This document shows positions 1-12,391 of a DNA stretch of 64,000 bases, one piece after another (the stretch's first letter is position 1; every line of letters begins with the position of its first letter). The stretch comes from Eledone cirrhosa (lineage: Eukaryota): contig OZ024743.1 in assembly GCA_964016885.1 (NCBI GenBank), forward strand, positions 340,380,001-340,444,000, in the 5' to 3' direction. Below the pieces are notes generated by a model. The model was not told where the DNA came from. It did no database searches and saw only the letters and a program-made list of their open reading frames with translations. The position numbers and the translations under genes were made by a program.

Positions 1-64
<64 letters not shown>

Positions 65-65
65 T

Positions 66-104
<39 letters not shown>

Positions 105-130
105 TAAAATAACAGATTAAAGTTTATTAT

Positions 131-172
<42 letters not shown>

Positions 173-176
<4 letters not shown>

Positions 177-488
177 GAAAGTATGTATGTATACGTACAT
201 ACATATATGTATACAGACGTACAGTAGTATGTATATATATACATACATGCACATATATATATATATGCACGTATCGGTTTACCGAACATTTATTATAATG
301 GCCTAAACACTGTACGGTGTAATTCGGGCTGTTTGTTTGTTTACAAACAAACAAACCGAGCATTATAATAAATGTTCGGTAAACCGATACGTGCATATAT
401 ATATGTGTGCATGTATGTATATATATACATACTACTGTACGTCTGTATACATATATGTATGTACGTATACATAGATACATACTTACAT
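173..488. repeat. Fold-back inverted repeat (arms ~173-300 and ~361-488) next to (TA)n
   Basis: cacgtatcggtttaccgaacatttattataatg is mirrored by cattataataaatgttcggtaaaccgatacgtg, and the flanking gtatacagacgtacagtagtatg is also mirrored. Confidence 0.85.
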
Positions 489-545
489 TTAATTAACTGC
501 CGTACTAAGAGTGAGAAATGAAATTTCGTTTCATTCTATTCCATT

Positions 546-615
<70 letters not shown>

Positions 616-646
616 AAATTAAAATATGGTTAAAATAGTGCATATA

Positions 647-713
647 TTTTATTATGCGCATTTCAAAAACAAATATCATCCTGGGACGATAGTTGCGTTC
701 TCATCAGATAAAA
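647..713 (-). ncRNA. Minimal type-I hammerhead ribozyme
   Basis: Minus strand: ttttat CTGATGA [stem II gaacgcaa..tttgtttt] GAAA tgcgca TA ataaaa; palindromic stem III. Confidence 0.75.
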
Positions 714-726
714 TAAGGTAACATGA

Positions 727-810
727 TATGATGCCTAAAAAAAAACACTTGTGAACAAGAATGTTGACTGGGCACTTTCTTGTTCACAAGTGTTTTTTTA
801 GGCATCATAT
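727..810. repeat. Short fold-back inverted repeat abutting the HHR module
   Basis: atatgatgcctaaaa..cacttgtgaacaaga / tcttgttcacaagtg..ttaggcatcatat. Confidence 0.8.
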
Positions 811-1359
811 ATATATATATATTAACAGTTTTATTCTTGAGAAATCATCAGGAATATAGATGAGATTCCTGAATATATATATATAAGATATAGAGCTTAG
901 CTTTGTTTACAAACAGCGGAGAATTTTGTCATGATACCCAAAGATATATATATCAGAATTGGTGCTCTGAAATAGCGATATTTATATGAATGTATATATA
1001 GTGTATTTTGCAATACACTGTATGCCTAATTAAAAGCATTTTGAAGACCTTACGCTATTGTTTTAAAGTAGTAACTATTCTAATTTTCAATTTTTGCTGG
1101 ACCAGCAACCGCTCTGTATAATCAGTTCCTGATTACTACTGGAATTCTATAAGAATCCAACATTCATAATTTCCAGCAGGTAAGAGGAGTGCTAAGCTCT
1201 GAGCAGTACCAACAGTACAAAACAGAGATCTGTCAGCTTATCTGCCTTTCTTTGCTGAAAAAAGATGTAAGTCACATAGTCACTACTTTAAAACAATAGC
1301 GCAAGGTCTTCAACATGCTTTTAATTAAGCATACAGTGTATTGCAAAATACACTATAAC

Positions 1360-1745
1360 GGAGGCACATGGCTTAGTGGTTAGAGCATTGGCCTTGCAAT
1401 CGAAAGGTTGTGAGTTCAATTCTCAGACAGGGTGATGTGTTGTTTCCTTGAGCAAGACACTTTATTTCACATAGCTCCAGTTTACTCAGCTGTAGAAATG
1501 AGATGATAGGGACTGCGGTCCCTATCATTCCACAGCAAAGTGGCCGTGGAGGTGCCACAGCAAAAAGCACCCAACCCACACTGTAAAGTGGACGTGTAGG
1601 CGCCACGGAAAAAAGCACCCAACACTCACTGTAAATGAGGTTGGTGTCAGGAAGGGCATGCAGCTGTAGAAATCAAGCCAGAATCAGTTCCCGTCACACC
1701 CCTGCAAGCAGGGAAAAGCGGGGGTAAAATGATGATGATGATGAT
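1360..1745 (+). mobile_element. tRNA-derived SINE with (GAT)n tail
   Basis: A box tggcttagtgg, B box gagttcaattc, core tccttgagcaagacac, RTE-like 3' end gtcaggaagggcatgcagctgtagaaa, gatgatgat tail. Confidence 0.8.
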
Positions 1746-1895
1746 ACATTCATATATATATATATTGCTATTTCAGAGCACCAATTGTAATTTTCAATTT
1801 TTGCTGGACCGGCAACCTGTATAATCAGTTACTGATTATTACTGGAAATCTATAAGAAACCAACATTCATAATTTTCAGCAGGCAAGGGGAGTGC

Positions 1896-1943
1896 TAAGC
1901 TCTGAGGAGTACCAACAGTACGAAACAGAGATCTGTCAGCTTA
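1896..1943 (+). ncRNA. Minimal type-I hammerhead ribozyme
   Basis: taagct CTGAGGA gtac-caaca-gtac GAAA caga-ga-tctg TC agctta; a decayed copy (CTGAGCA/AAAA) lies at 1193-1240. Confidence 0.88.
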
Positions 1944-1987
1944 TCAAAATACACTATATACACATTCATATATATATATATTTATAT

Positions 1988-2035
<48 letters not shown>

Positions 2036-2047
2036 TTTATATACATA

Positions 2048-2087
<40 letters not shown>

Positions 2088-2143
2088 CATATATATACAT
2101 ATATATATGTATATATATATATATATATATTTAATATCATTGA

Positions 2144-2257
<114 letters not shown>

Positions 2258-2408
2258 AATTATAATATCTAGTAACATATATATACACAGATGCATACTT
2301 ATGCTAGCAAATATATAGGTTTTGTTTTAGTAACTTTGTGGTTCAATGCATGGGGTTGAGAGACGTAAAATAAGAAAATTATAAAATTAACTTACTTACT
2401 AAAATTTC

Positions 2409-2491
2409 ACTCCCAACTAATTAGTTTCTGAAAGGGAATAAACATACTTTCCGAAGAAGTGTACGGAGAAGCCTTTCGTCATCAGGGAAGT
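2409..2491 (-). ncRNA. Hammerhead ribozyme (inverted-arm copy)
   Basis: Reverse complement of 3188-3270. Confidence 0.78.
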
Positions 2492-3187
2492 CTATTCCCA
2501 GCTAAGTTTCCTGGCAATACGTGGACACAGGGAATTTATACAAAAATAATTCAGTGGATGGAAAAAAGCAAAGCGTGGACTAAATTCCAAGCCATTGAGA
2601 AAATCACTGCCTACTGCGTCGGTGGCAAATTCAAAAGAATCAATCACGTGACATCGAGGTCAATCAGTGGAGAGTGGTTTGTTAAGAAGACAGCAGCCGG
2701 ACTGTTACTATAGCAGCAGTTTTGGCCAATTGAAATTTTAGGGAGTGAAATTTTAGTAAGTAAGTTAATTTTATAATTTTCTTATTTTACGTCTCTCATA
2801 TTATTGTTCTGCAACCCCATGCATTGAACCACAAAGTTACTAAGACAAAACCTATATATTTGCTAGCATAAGTATGTATCTGTGTATATATATGTTACTA
2901 GATATACTAATTATTTATAATTATCTCCAAATTATTTGTCGAGCAAAAATTGGCCAAAACTGCTGCTATAGTAACAGTCCGGCTGCTGTCTTCTTAACAA
3001 ACCACTCTCCACTGATTGACCTCGATGTCACGTGATTGATTCTTTTGAATTTGCCACCGACGCAGTAGGCAGTGATTTTCTCAATGGCTTGGAATTTAGT
3101 CCACGCTTTGCTTTTTTCCATCCACTGAATTATTTTTGTATAAGTTCCCTGTGTCCACGTATTGCCAGGAAACTTAGCTGAGAATAG

Positions 3188-3270
3188 ACTTCCCTGATGA
3201 CGAAAGGCTTCTCCGTACACTTCTTCGGAAAGTATGTTTATTCCCTTTCAGAAACTAATTAGTTGGGAGT
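3188..3270 (+). ncRNA. Type-I hammerhead ribozyme
   Basis: acttcc CTGATGA [gaaagg..cctttc] GAAA ctaattag TT gggagt; predicted cleavage after 3264. Confidence 0.8.
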
Positions 3271-3311
3271 GAAATTTTAGTAAGTTAATTTTATAATTTT
3301 CTTATTTTACG

Positions 3312-3405
<94 letters not shown>

Positions 3406-3451
3406 TCAATGATATTAAATAAATGGAAACTATATTTATAAAACTATATTT

Positions 3452-3510
3452 ATTCTATTATATATATTTCAAGGGTACCAAGACTTTGGTACGCACTCAT
3501 CAGATAAAAT
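3452..3510 (-). ncRNA. Minimal hammerhead ribozyme
   Basis: ttttat CTGATGA gtgcgtaccaa-agtc-ttggtaccctt GAAA tatata TA atagaa; relatives at 26507 and 58594. Confidence 0.8.
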
Positions 3511-3557
3511 ACAAAGTTTGTTTTATAAATATTGACTTAACGGTTCAAGTTTTTCCT

Positions 3558-3598
<41 letters not shown>

Positions 3599-3799
3599 TA
3601 CTTGGGGAAGGTCATATTGTTGTAATAATATTGCCAGAAATCATAAAAGAACACACTCACTTTTTGGTTGGTTTTCGCTTCTGTATCTCTTATATCTCCA
3701 TAGTTAATTTATTTAGCAATCAATGTTTATCATTGAATAACCAACGGTTAAAAATAGAGATATAAATATAAACACACAGAAATATATATATATAGTCTA

Positions 3800-3839
3800 T
3801 CAAAGTTCTTTCGTTGCAAATCTGCAACATCATCAGTGG
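3800..3839 (-). ncRNA. Minimal hammerhead ribozyme
   Basis: cca CTGATGA t gttgca-gatt-tgcaac GAAA gaac TT tga; relative at 32546 with covarying stem II. Confidence 0.65.
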
Positions 3840-3861
3840 TACTATTATTATGTTCCCTCCT

Positions 3862-4050
3862 CGGGCGGCGGATGGCAGTATCGGTAGAGGGTCGGCAAAG
3901 AGTTTGCAGCAAAGAGTTACGGCCATTGCCATTCTGAGTTCAAATCCCGCCTAGGTTAACTTTGCCTTTCATCCTTACGGGGTCGATAAAATAAAGTACC
4001 ATTAATGTACTGGGTTATTGCTGGCCTTGTGCCAAAAGTAGAAACAATTA
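3862..4050 (+). mobile_element. tRNA-derived SINE with 18-bp target-site duplication
   Basis: B box gagttcaaatccc, core tttgcctttcatccttacggggtcgataaaataaagtacc; attattatgttccctcct at 3844-3861 and 4047-4064. Confidence 0.85.
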
Positions 4051-4385
4051 TTATGTTCCCTCCTATTGTATTGTAATGTCTACGCCATTTTTATTTTATT
4101 TATTTATTTATTTATTTATTTATTTCTTCTTGTCTCCGTCCCTGCGCATGCGTTTGCGTGTGTGTATAATGTTTGGTGTGTGTGTTCGCGTATGAGTGTA
4201 TGTGTTTTGGTTTTTGTATTCTATCTTTGTTTACTAGTGTGTGTTTATATGTGTTTGTTGTTATTGTACTCGTGTATATATTTATTTATTACAACAGTAT
4301 GACCCTCCCCATGTATATCGATATTTGTTTCGACACACGATTTCATATAAAAAAAACTTGCAAAACAAATATATATATATATATT

Positions 4386-4514
<129 letters not shown>

Positions 4515-4599
4515 AAAAGGTAAACAGAAATAACAACACAATCGGTACAGTATATGGAAGGAATATATTAGGTTAACACTTGAAATAGTAGGAAGAGGG

Positions 4600-4636
4600 T
4601 TTTAACGTTTCGGATGCTAGTCCTTCATCAGAAGAA
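4600..4636 (-). ncRNA. Minimal hammerhead-like motif
   Basis: ttctt CTGATGA agga-ctagca-tcc GAAA cg TT aaaa; stem I weak. Confidence 0.55.
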
Positions 4637-4754
4637 AGAATGAGAAATAAGATAGATTGAAGGGACGGATATGTGTGTGTCAAAAGTTATTTGCACTTTC
4701 ATCATAACATATCTTTAGGTTTGTCACATACCCTTCTACTCATGCGTTCTCATA

Positions 4755-5235
4755 GTTGCTATTATTGCGGTCACGAGATAAAAGTTTGAGCTTGATCCCG
4801 CCAGTTTTCTTGCTGCGGTTACAGTGTAAACATGGCCGTTCTGCTAGCAGTCTGCACCAAGGAGGGACAATGAGAAGTGATCAGATTTCTTTAGTCGGAA
4901 GGTTGTCAGGGGTTGAAATTCATCGGAGGCTTTTTACATAATACCGAATTGAAGATAGCAAGTTTGGCTTTTACATCTACCCTTCTTCTGATTACCGAAT
5001 GCTGATGCTAGCAGATTACTGAACCAGCTCCTGTAATTCTTGCACTTAATTCAGCCTCCTGCTTTCCATCACTCGTGAAAACGGCTCCAAAATAATTTAT
5101 GTTCCTTACGTGCTTCAGTGGAACTACACTTACATATAGAGTGCAATGCGCAGGCTTCCTTGAGAGGACGAGTGTTTCAGCTTTCGCAGCACTGATTTTC
5201 ATTCCAGCCATGCAGCACTCGGCATAAAGTGCAAG
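4755..5235 (-). mobile_element. Degenerate RTE-clade LINE RT C-terminal fragment
   Basis: ORF 5008-5211 AGMKISAAKAETLVLSRKP..YFGAVFTSDGKQEAELSARI resembles the RTE/Expander thumb region. Confidence 0.65.
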
Positions 5236-5461
5236 TCGGAGATCACATTCTGTCGAGTTAAGTAAATATAGTTATTTATAACACAACGAATTATTTAAAA
5301 AACTTTAAATAAAAACGACCAATAAAACCATCATGTCCAATTAATTATACTAACATCACTAATTAATAGGCATTGCAATTAAGCAAACCAACACAATTCA
5401 TAAACTAAACTGATATGATCACCTTCCTTCACCACCACCACCATATGCATATATATATATA

Positions 5462-7550
5462 TGTAGATAAATCTACCAAAATATACGGTAGTGTCCAATC
5501 CGTATGAAGAACTCAATGTAATCCAAATATCATGAAAAGAGAAGATGTATTCAAAAACTTTTTTCGATGAAAATCACAGGAAAACAGAGTCAAGATAAAT
5601 TAATAAAAACAATGAATAAAAACAAAGAAACAGTTCCTTATATTAAAAAATTCATCATTTTACGATCGTTTCTAGGATATATATGTGTGTTGGTAAGTAT
5701 ATCATATAGATCTATGTAAACATTTTACAAACTATCAGAGGGAATATACATACCTACACATATATATGCTGTCTTCAGAAATAATGATATTTGTTTATTG
5801 AAAAAAACCAACAAAGATTTAATATAATAGGTCTGTTTGGAAACAGGTTTTGAATTGACCAATAGAAAAGTAGTAAGTGGTCAAGTTGATAGAATAGTAG
5901 TAGTAGAAATTTAATTTAGGGGTAGAGGAATGCAGACTTCAGTTTTGAATGGAAAGAATACTTTGAATGAAAAGATTACTTTGGGGATGAAAAGAGGTCA
6001 AGCCGGTGAAAGGTACACGAAAATTTAATGTTATTAAAGAATAATGCTAATGTTAAAATCGAAGGAGAATAACATTTTAGGATAAATGTGTTAGTGAGAA
6101 ATACCAATCTTATTTAAAACATAAGGAATTTAGATCTATAAAAAGAAATTAAATTAATTTAATTGATAGGTATACTTATAGGGATAAATTTATATTAATT
6201 CATATAGATGTGATAAATAAGAGTTAGATGTTATTAAAGAATGTTGTTAAAAACGAAGGAAAAAACTTTTTGGGGATAAATGTATTAGTGAGAAATAACA
6301 AAATTATATAGACTACAAGGAATTTAGATTCATAACAGGAAATTAAAATAGTTTATATGTATACTTATAGGTATTAATTTTAGGAAAAGATAGCTGTAAA
6401 GGGAAATAAAATTATGAAGTTCTCAGTAGTAAAATACTAATTATAGGTTAACTAAATTTAAAAAAAATAATTATAATAATTTGTAAAATATAAGTGTAAG
6501 GTGTATATTAATTAGGTTTATAATATTTGAAAGTTCTTCTAATTCTATGATTGCACGATATAATTAATTTTTGTCGCTTATTTAATAGGATATCCTTAGA
6601 TTTCATTATTTCAAAAAGTTCGTGGGAAAATAATCTACACTCATATCTATTATTTTGATAAGGGGTGGCCCTTTTGAGCACACTCCAGGTCAGGTTATAA
6701 TCAATATTCTTTTTTCTATAATTATTAATTATTTCAGCCAAGGATGTTGTATTAGCTAATGCTGCATTTTTAAAACTGTGTTTGTGGGTATTGAATCTTA
6801 CTTTAAATTGGTTAGAAGTAGCTCCTATATATGAATAAGTTGAGTCCTTAGTGCTAATTTTACATTTATATACTATGTTATTAATAAGGCAATTTCCTTT
6901 TAATGGGCTTTGTTTCTACAGTTACACCCATTCGTTAATATTATATCAGGGGAGTTAGTCAAATTAGGTGTGGAATTTACTCGACTTGTTGTATGTGAAG
7001 GAGATGGTGGTTTGTTGCGGTTTATTTTAGTATTATGGTTAGTTTGATGTGTAGGTGGTATATTCATGTTTTTTTTTACATTTATATGCATTGTAGGCAC
7101 TTATATTTTGTTGTATACTTTTGGTAGTGGAGTAGGAAAACTTGATCGTTGATCTATTTAAAATTTGATGGTATTTATGGTTTGGCGGGAAGTTTTTTTC
7201 TATGATTTTTTTTTCTTAGTAAAAATTTTTTTAGGGATATTATCTTTAATTTGTAGATTAAATGGAGCATTATACCAAGTAACTCGTCTATTACGGTTTC
7301 GATGCTGTTTTTTATATTTATACGATGTAACCTGATGTTTACTAAGAGAGTTAGTGAATTTATTATACACATGTTTAGTTAGATTCACTGATTTAGGTGT
7401 TTTAGTCTGATTATTAAGAACTTTGTTAGTAATGTTATTAACATATATTGGAGTATTAGGATGAATGGTTTTTTGAAAGTTATTATATTGTATGTGAGAA
7501 GAGGTAGAGAAATTAAGTTTTAAGTTGGTATTTTTAGGAGTTTGCCTGTG
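5462..7550 (-). mobile_element. 5'-truncated degenerate Penelope-like element with 3' pLTR ending at (TA)n
   Basis: RRVTWYNAPF, GCNCRNK and IDYNLTWSVLKRATPYQ..ECRL..LLNKRQ..SCNHR match the C-terminus of the 52991 element; HHR in the terminal repeat. Confidence 0.8.
5652..5787 (-). ncRNA. Hammerhead ribozyme with very long stem II
   Basis: tcattattt CTGAAGA [~100 nt closed by atatatatgtgt/acacatatatat] GAAA cgatcg TA aaatgatga. Confidence 0.75.
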
Positions 7551-8814
7551 TTTGTACTTTTGCATGTGCGTGTCGTGTGTGTGTGTGTGTGTGTGTGGTT
7601 GTATTTGTGTGTATGTGTGTGTGTATATGTGTGTGTGTGTGTGGTTGTATGTGTGTGTATGTGTGTGTGTTTGCGTGCGTGTGTGTGCTCATAATGCATG
7701 CGTATTTCAGTTTCCTCTGCATGCAAAGGATAGTAACTAAGATGACATATGAGAAGTAAACGAAATAAGAAATTTACCAAATAACACAAAGAAAACCAAA
7801 GAAACCATAATAAATAAAAGCAAAAAGAAAACCCTACAAACATCCGAAAAGGCACAAAAAAAAACAACATGCTAAGGAGTAATACTGTGAATCACGACAT
7901 AATATATTCAAAAGAAATGAAAACGATATTTTTTTTATAGCATGACAGTTGCCACACCTCTCAAAGTTTTTATCAAACATCGTTTACAAATAGGACAGAA
8001 AACATGTATTTCAAAGATGAAAGAAATTTACATTAAATAGTTTCCAAGACAATGACAACTAACTGGTATTTCTTTTTGTAATGCAAATAACGCTAAAAGA
8101 TTTTAGGAACTATCCTATAATACATGCTAAAAGATAATTTCTTGGCGGCTGCTTGGCTTGATAGAAATATTAACTAAATGTCTCAATTATATCGCACTGA
8201 CTTAAACAAAGGAAAACACATTAGATAACAATCCGAAATACATATATATGCTGTCGGCCATATTGACGTCCAGATGTTTGGTCATTTCAATAGAGCTACT
8301 TCAGAGCTGTACGGCCACTACATCCAAGACTTACGTCGGAACCACTTCTCTCATTACATATAAATTGTGCGTAATCATATTCGCCAATATTTTTTCGCTC
8401 TCTATTGGAATTTACTTCCAATATATTCAATATTTCCTTTAAATTTTTATAAATTTCTGTGGTCATCAAAAATATGCACCTGTCTAACTCTGTTTACTAC
8501 AAACCCACTAATTATCAATATTATCTCAACTTTCCTTCCTCTCACCCCAAAACACAGAGATCGGTTATACACTTACTCCGGTTTCGTCCTTTTCAGACTT
8601 CAACTGAAAACTCGAGAAGTTGCAACACGGTTTCTTTAAAAGTTGGCACCATCGATCGGTTGTGGATGGCTTCTAGCAATCAGAATTATCAACGGAATCA
8701 TCGTATCCTAACATTCTCCATACATATGTCCATATTTTTATGCATATATCACCTTGCTCACCTTGACCGACCAGTCTGTCGGGCGCCAATCGGCGCCGCT
8801 GATCACAGCACGTC

Positions 8815-8987
8815 GTGATAAGATAACGCCATCCCACTGACTGGGCGGGCAGGTCGGTACTCATTTCTACAGCTGAGTAAACTGGAGCAACGTGTCTTGC
8901 TCAAGGAAACAACACATCACCCGGTCCCAGAATTGAACTCACAACCTTTCGATTGCAAGCCGAATGTTCTAACCACTAAGCCATGCA
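8815..8987 (-). mobile_element. tRNA-derived SINE (same head as 1360)
   Basis: Reverse complement of catggcttagtggttagaacattcggcttgcaatcgaaaggttgtgagttcaattc..tccttgagcaagacac. Confidence 0.8.
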
Positions 8988-9028
8988 TATACATATATAA
9001 ATATATATTTATATAGATATATCCCCAT

Positions 9029-9220
9029 ATAATTGTTTCTACTTTTGGCACAAGGCCAGCAATTGTCCAGTACATTACTGGTACTTTATTTTATCGACCC
9101 CGTAAGGATGAAAGGCAAAGTTAACCTCGACGGGATTTGAACTCAGACCGTAAAGGGACGAAACTATGCTGGAAAGCATGGCGTCCGACCCTCCACCTAT
9201 ACTGCCAATTCATCGCCCTA
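9029..9220 (-). mobile_element. SINE (same family as 3862)
   Basis: ttctacttttggcacaaggccagc..cgaccccgtaaggatgaaaggcaaagttaacctcg..gggatttgaactcag. Confidence 0.8.
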
Positions 9221-9984
9221 TAATGTCCGTTAGACTTATATGTCACATTAAAATTCGGCGTTTCTGAGGCAATTGTGTTTACCTGGCGGATCCCATCTCC
9301 TCTCCAAGTCTGAATACAGCAGATTTCTTCCAGAGAAGGATAGATTGTGAGAGAATGGAAGTGAGAAAGAGATAAAAAGGAAGTATCGAACGCAGTACTA
9401 TACTGGTACTTTTTTATCGACCTCAAATGGATGAAAGGCAAAGTTGATTTCGGGGTGTATGGTGTAGTGTGTTGCAATTAAGCTTTATTGTATATATGCA
9501 GAGTGAGTCTTCGAGTGAGTATTGTACAAAAGCAATGTAGCAATTTATTTCATGAAGTTAACTTTCATTTTTGCAGTCGAATTCTTAAATCACATTGGTG
9601 ATTTACAGTTTACTCACGCGTTTGTATGCTTGTTTTTTGTTGTCAATAAGGAAGTTTTTGATTTTCGAGTTTTCGTAGTATATTTTTACTGCTAACCTAT
9701 GGTTTGGCGTGATACTTATTGCTTTATACTGTATGATGTTTTTGATAATGTGTTTGGCTGTCCTGTAATTTGTATATATTTGATAATATCATTTATGTGT
9801 AGTTTCAGTATTTCAAATAGCTATAATTATCAATATATATCTTTATGATACAACTGAAACTAATAGACATTGGAAATGGTAAATAACTTTTATTAAGTAA
9901 TAGCATAGATCAAGTTGAGCTAAAAAATAGTTCAAAACCAAAACTTTTGAGAATCATAAAGATGAGGTGGTCACAGTTGGAAAA

Positions 9985-10982
9985 CCATTGGGCACCTATT
10001 TCGATAAGGGATGGCCTTGTGACCGCCCCTCGCAATGTCTGGAACCTGGACGGTGCGACCATAGCTGGGCCCGCAGAGAGTGTCTGTCATAATCTCCAAT
10101 CAGTTGTTCCCGCTCTAGCGAGGATCGGCCTCGAAATCGACTCATTCAAGTCCGAGGTCGTAAACGTCAATTACGACACAGATAGCTTCGTTGTCTCAGT
10201 CTCTGATGTGCGATCATTACTCCATCAGATGCAGGTGACCTCTAAAGAAGACGCCTTCATCCTCGGTAGACCGATCCTCCCGTCTTCCCTCCGCTCTACC
10301 CTCAGATACAGCCCCCGCCAGCTAGAAACTCAGGTGAGCCGACTGAACATGATCGACGCTCACCCGGCATGCATTCTGTTAAAGAACTGCTTCGCCATGC
10401 TGAAGCTCCTATACATCTTCTGCAGTGCCTCCTGCTACAGTCAATAATCTCCCCTCACAGATCTCGACACCTGCATCCGACGGGCAAGGTTTAGTTTGAT
10501 GATACCGTATGGCAACAGGCTACCTTACCCAACAGATATAGAGACCTCAGTCTCCGGTCTCCAATTTTACTAGCCCCGCCGGCTTTTGTTTCGCCGGTGA
10601 CCTCTTGTCGTGTCCTCATGAACAGGGTTCTCCACAACACAACTGAACCTACTGTGATCAGGGAACGCGAGGTGGCCTATGCGACATGGAGCCAGCTCCA
10701 CCTTCCCCCTGCGAACGTATATTTCCCTCTCGTCTATGTAGACGTCCAGACCCCCACCCCCAAAAAAATCGGACGTCATCCACTGCAACATGACCTCAGA
10801 CAGTCTGGTGCGCCAGCTCAACCAGTACCGCTTGGCATGTTTTTGTTCGGCCTCCAGCCCCACAGTGTCGTCTGGCTCAGTGCAGTACCATCACTTTCGA
10901 CTGGTACTCAGCTGTACCACGACTGCTTGCGCATCGGTGTTTCTCTGAGGCTCGGCCTCCGAATCTGTGAGCTTATACCGGC
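9985..10982 (+). mobile_element. Degenerate CRE-clade (RLE-type) non-LTR retrotransposon fragment
   Basis: WNLDGATIAG (decayed YLDD), IGLEI..KSE, IDAHPACILLKNCFAMLKLLYI, WLSAVPS..GTQL..CLRIGVSLRLG. Confidence 0.7.
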
Positions 10983-10984
10983 TT

Positions 10985-11200
10985 AAAATATGAAATGATG
11001 GAGAAATGAAATGAAGAGAGTTACCATTGTCCCAGTGGGTGACTAGTGCTCTTGGCATGGTGATAAAGAACCTTGAAAACCACCCGTCATATATAAACTT
11101 TGCACCAGGGGATTGAACGACTCCAAAAGACATGCCTACTAGGAACAGTCCGAATATTGAGAAAAGGTTTTGGACGACCAGCAATTATTATAAGGAATGA
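10985..11200 (+). mobile_element. 3' fragment of an R4/Dong-like LINE
   Basis: Frameshifted translation KRVTIVPV..SALGMV..LQKTCLLGTVRILRK, followed by (AAT)n. Confidence 0.6.
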
Positions 11201-11238
11201 TATGAAAAAGTAGTAGTTTTGGTCATGATAAATAGTCA

Positions 11239-11300
<62 letters not shown>

Positions 11301-11303
<3 letters not shown>

Positions 11304-11530
11304 GTGATCTCGATTGTCATAGGCGCACTGGGGATTATCTCCAAAAGTTTCCAGGGATGGTTAAAGCAAATCGGCCCCTTCACGCTTTTTGGAACGCTTC
11401 AAAAGGCATGCTTGCTGGGAACAGCAAGAACCCTCCGATACGTCCTGAATATCTGAGGCTGCAGGTAGTGGCTTGATATTCATTCCAACGGACTTTCCAG
11501 TTAACCAACATCAATGACTGAGATTCAAGG
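11301..11530 (+). mobile_element. 3' fragment of a second R4/Dong-like LINE between (AAT)n arrays
   Basis: VISIVIGALGIISKSFQGWLKQI..LQKACLLGTARTLRYVLNI*. Confidence 0.7.
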
Positions 11531-11539
11531 AATAATAAC

Positions 11540-11588
<49 letters not shown>

Positions 11589-11589
<1 letters not shown>

Positions 11590-12347
11590 TTTGTTTATTA
11601 ACCACAAGGGTTTACATAAAGTAGACATTAAGGACAGTGCAGGACAATACAGGACGGTACAAATGGGCATTTCTGCGTGTAAAAAACAAAAACAGAGGAT
11701 GTAACAAAAAATAACAATGAAAAATTCCCCAATAGGGGGGAGACTTCGGAGGGACATTTGTGGAGAAAGCCCAGTAAAAGGCCACAGTGACCCTGACCAC
11801 CAAGGCAAGTGCCCTTTCCCAGTTTTCCACCTTTAATTTACAGATATATACTCAGAGTAGGCCCATTCACTCGGGCCATTCTTGCTTCTCTCACCCATCT
11901 TTCAACAAAATGCTGGGAAGAGAGCATTTCCCTCTCTACCCTGATTTTCCTTTTCAAATGAAATTTGAAAAAGTCAATAAGAGCATCACCGAAGAGGTAA
12001 GTGCTCGTCTTCAGCCCTTTCAAACGTGTCCACCATACTATCTCTTTCGCCATGGCCACCAGACAGATAAAAACTGCCTGCCCTTCCCGACTAAAGGAGG
12101 AGGGCGGGGAAATCCTCACGATGGACTCAGATAATAGCCGGATCCGTCCTAAACGCGACAGCAGATGTTCGACATAAACCCACAAGTCAGCAATTTTCGG
12201 ACACTGGACGAGTGCGTTTAGGACGGTTTCGTCGCCCTGCGCGCATCTCGGACATGCCCGGCTGACGGCACCTCCATGCCTGTAGAGTTTATCCCAAACT
12301 GGCAAGGCTCCTCGGTAGCACTGCTAGGCCAGAGATTTCTGGAAGTT

Positions 12348-12348
<1 letters not shown>
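11589..12348 (-). mobile_element. 5'-truncated Tx1-like LINE inserted in (TAA)n
   Basis: ORF 11838-12305 (CPRCAQGDETVLNALVQC..WWTRLKGLK..ARMARVNGPTLSIYL) is homologous to the end of ORF2 at 37137-40598. Confidence 0.85.

Positions 12349-12391
<43 letters not shown>

Larger units (their letters stand above)
958..1970 (+). mobile_element. Non-coding HHR-bearing partial-tandem element (retrozyme/Penelope pLTR-like) with inverted 5' arm, interrupted by a SINE
   Basis: Units ~1079-1357 and ~1765-1970 are direct repeats; 958-1078 is the reverse complement of 1276-1357 plus 1746-1786; diverged relative at 47141-47445. Confidence 0.75.

Noticed and set aside
1360-1430. tRNA-like sequences here and at 3862, 8900 and 27847
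   Set aside because: SINE heads: A/B boxes run into SINE cores, with no complete cloverleaf
2459-3220. Two nearly identical 84-aa ORFs on opposite strands
   Set aside because: By-product of the inverted repeat; GTG start, antisense to the HHR-bearing strand, no recognisable domain
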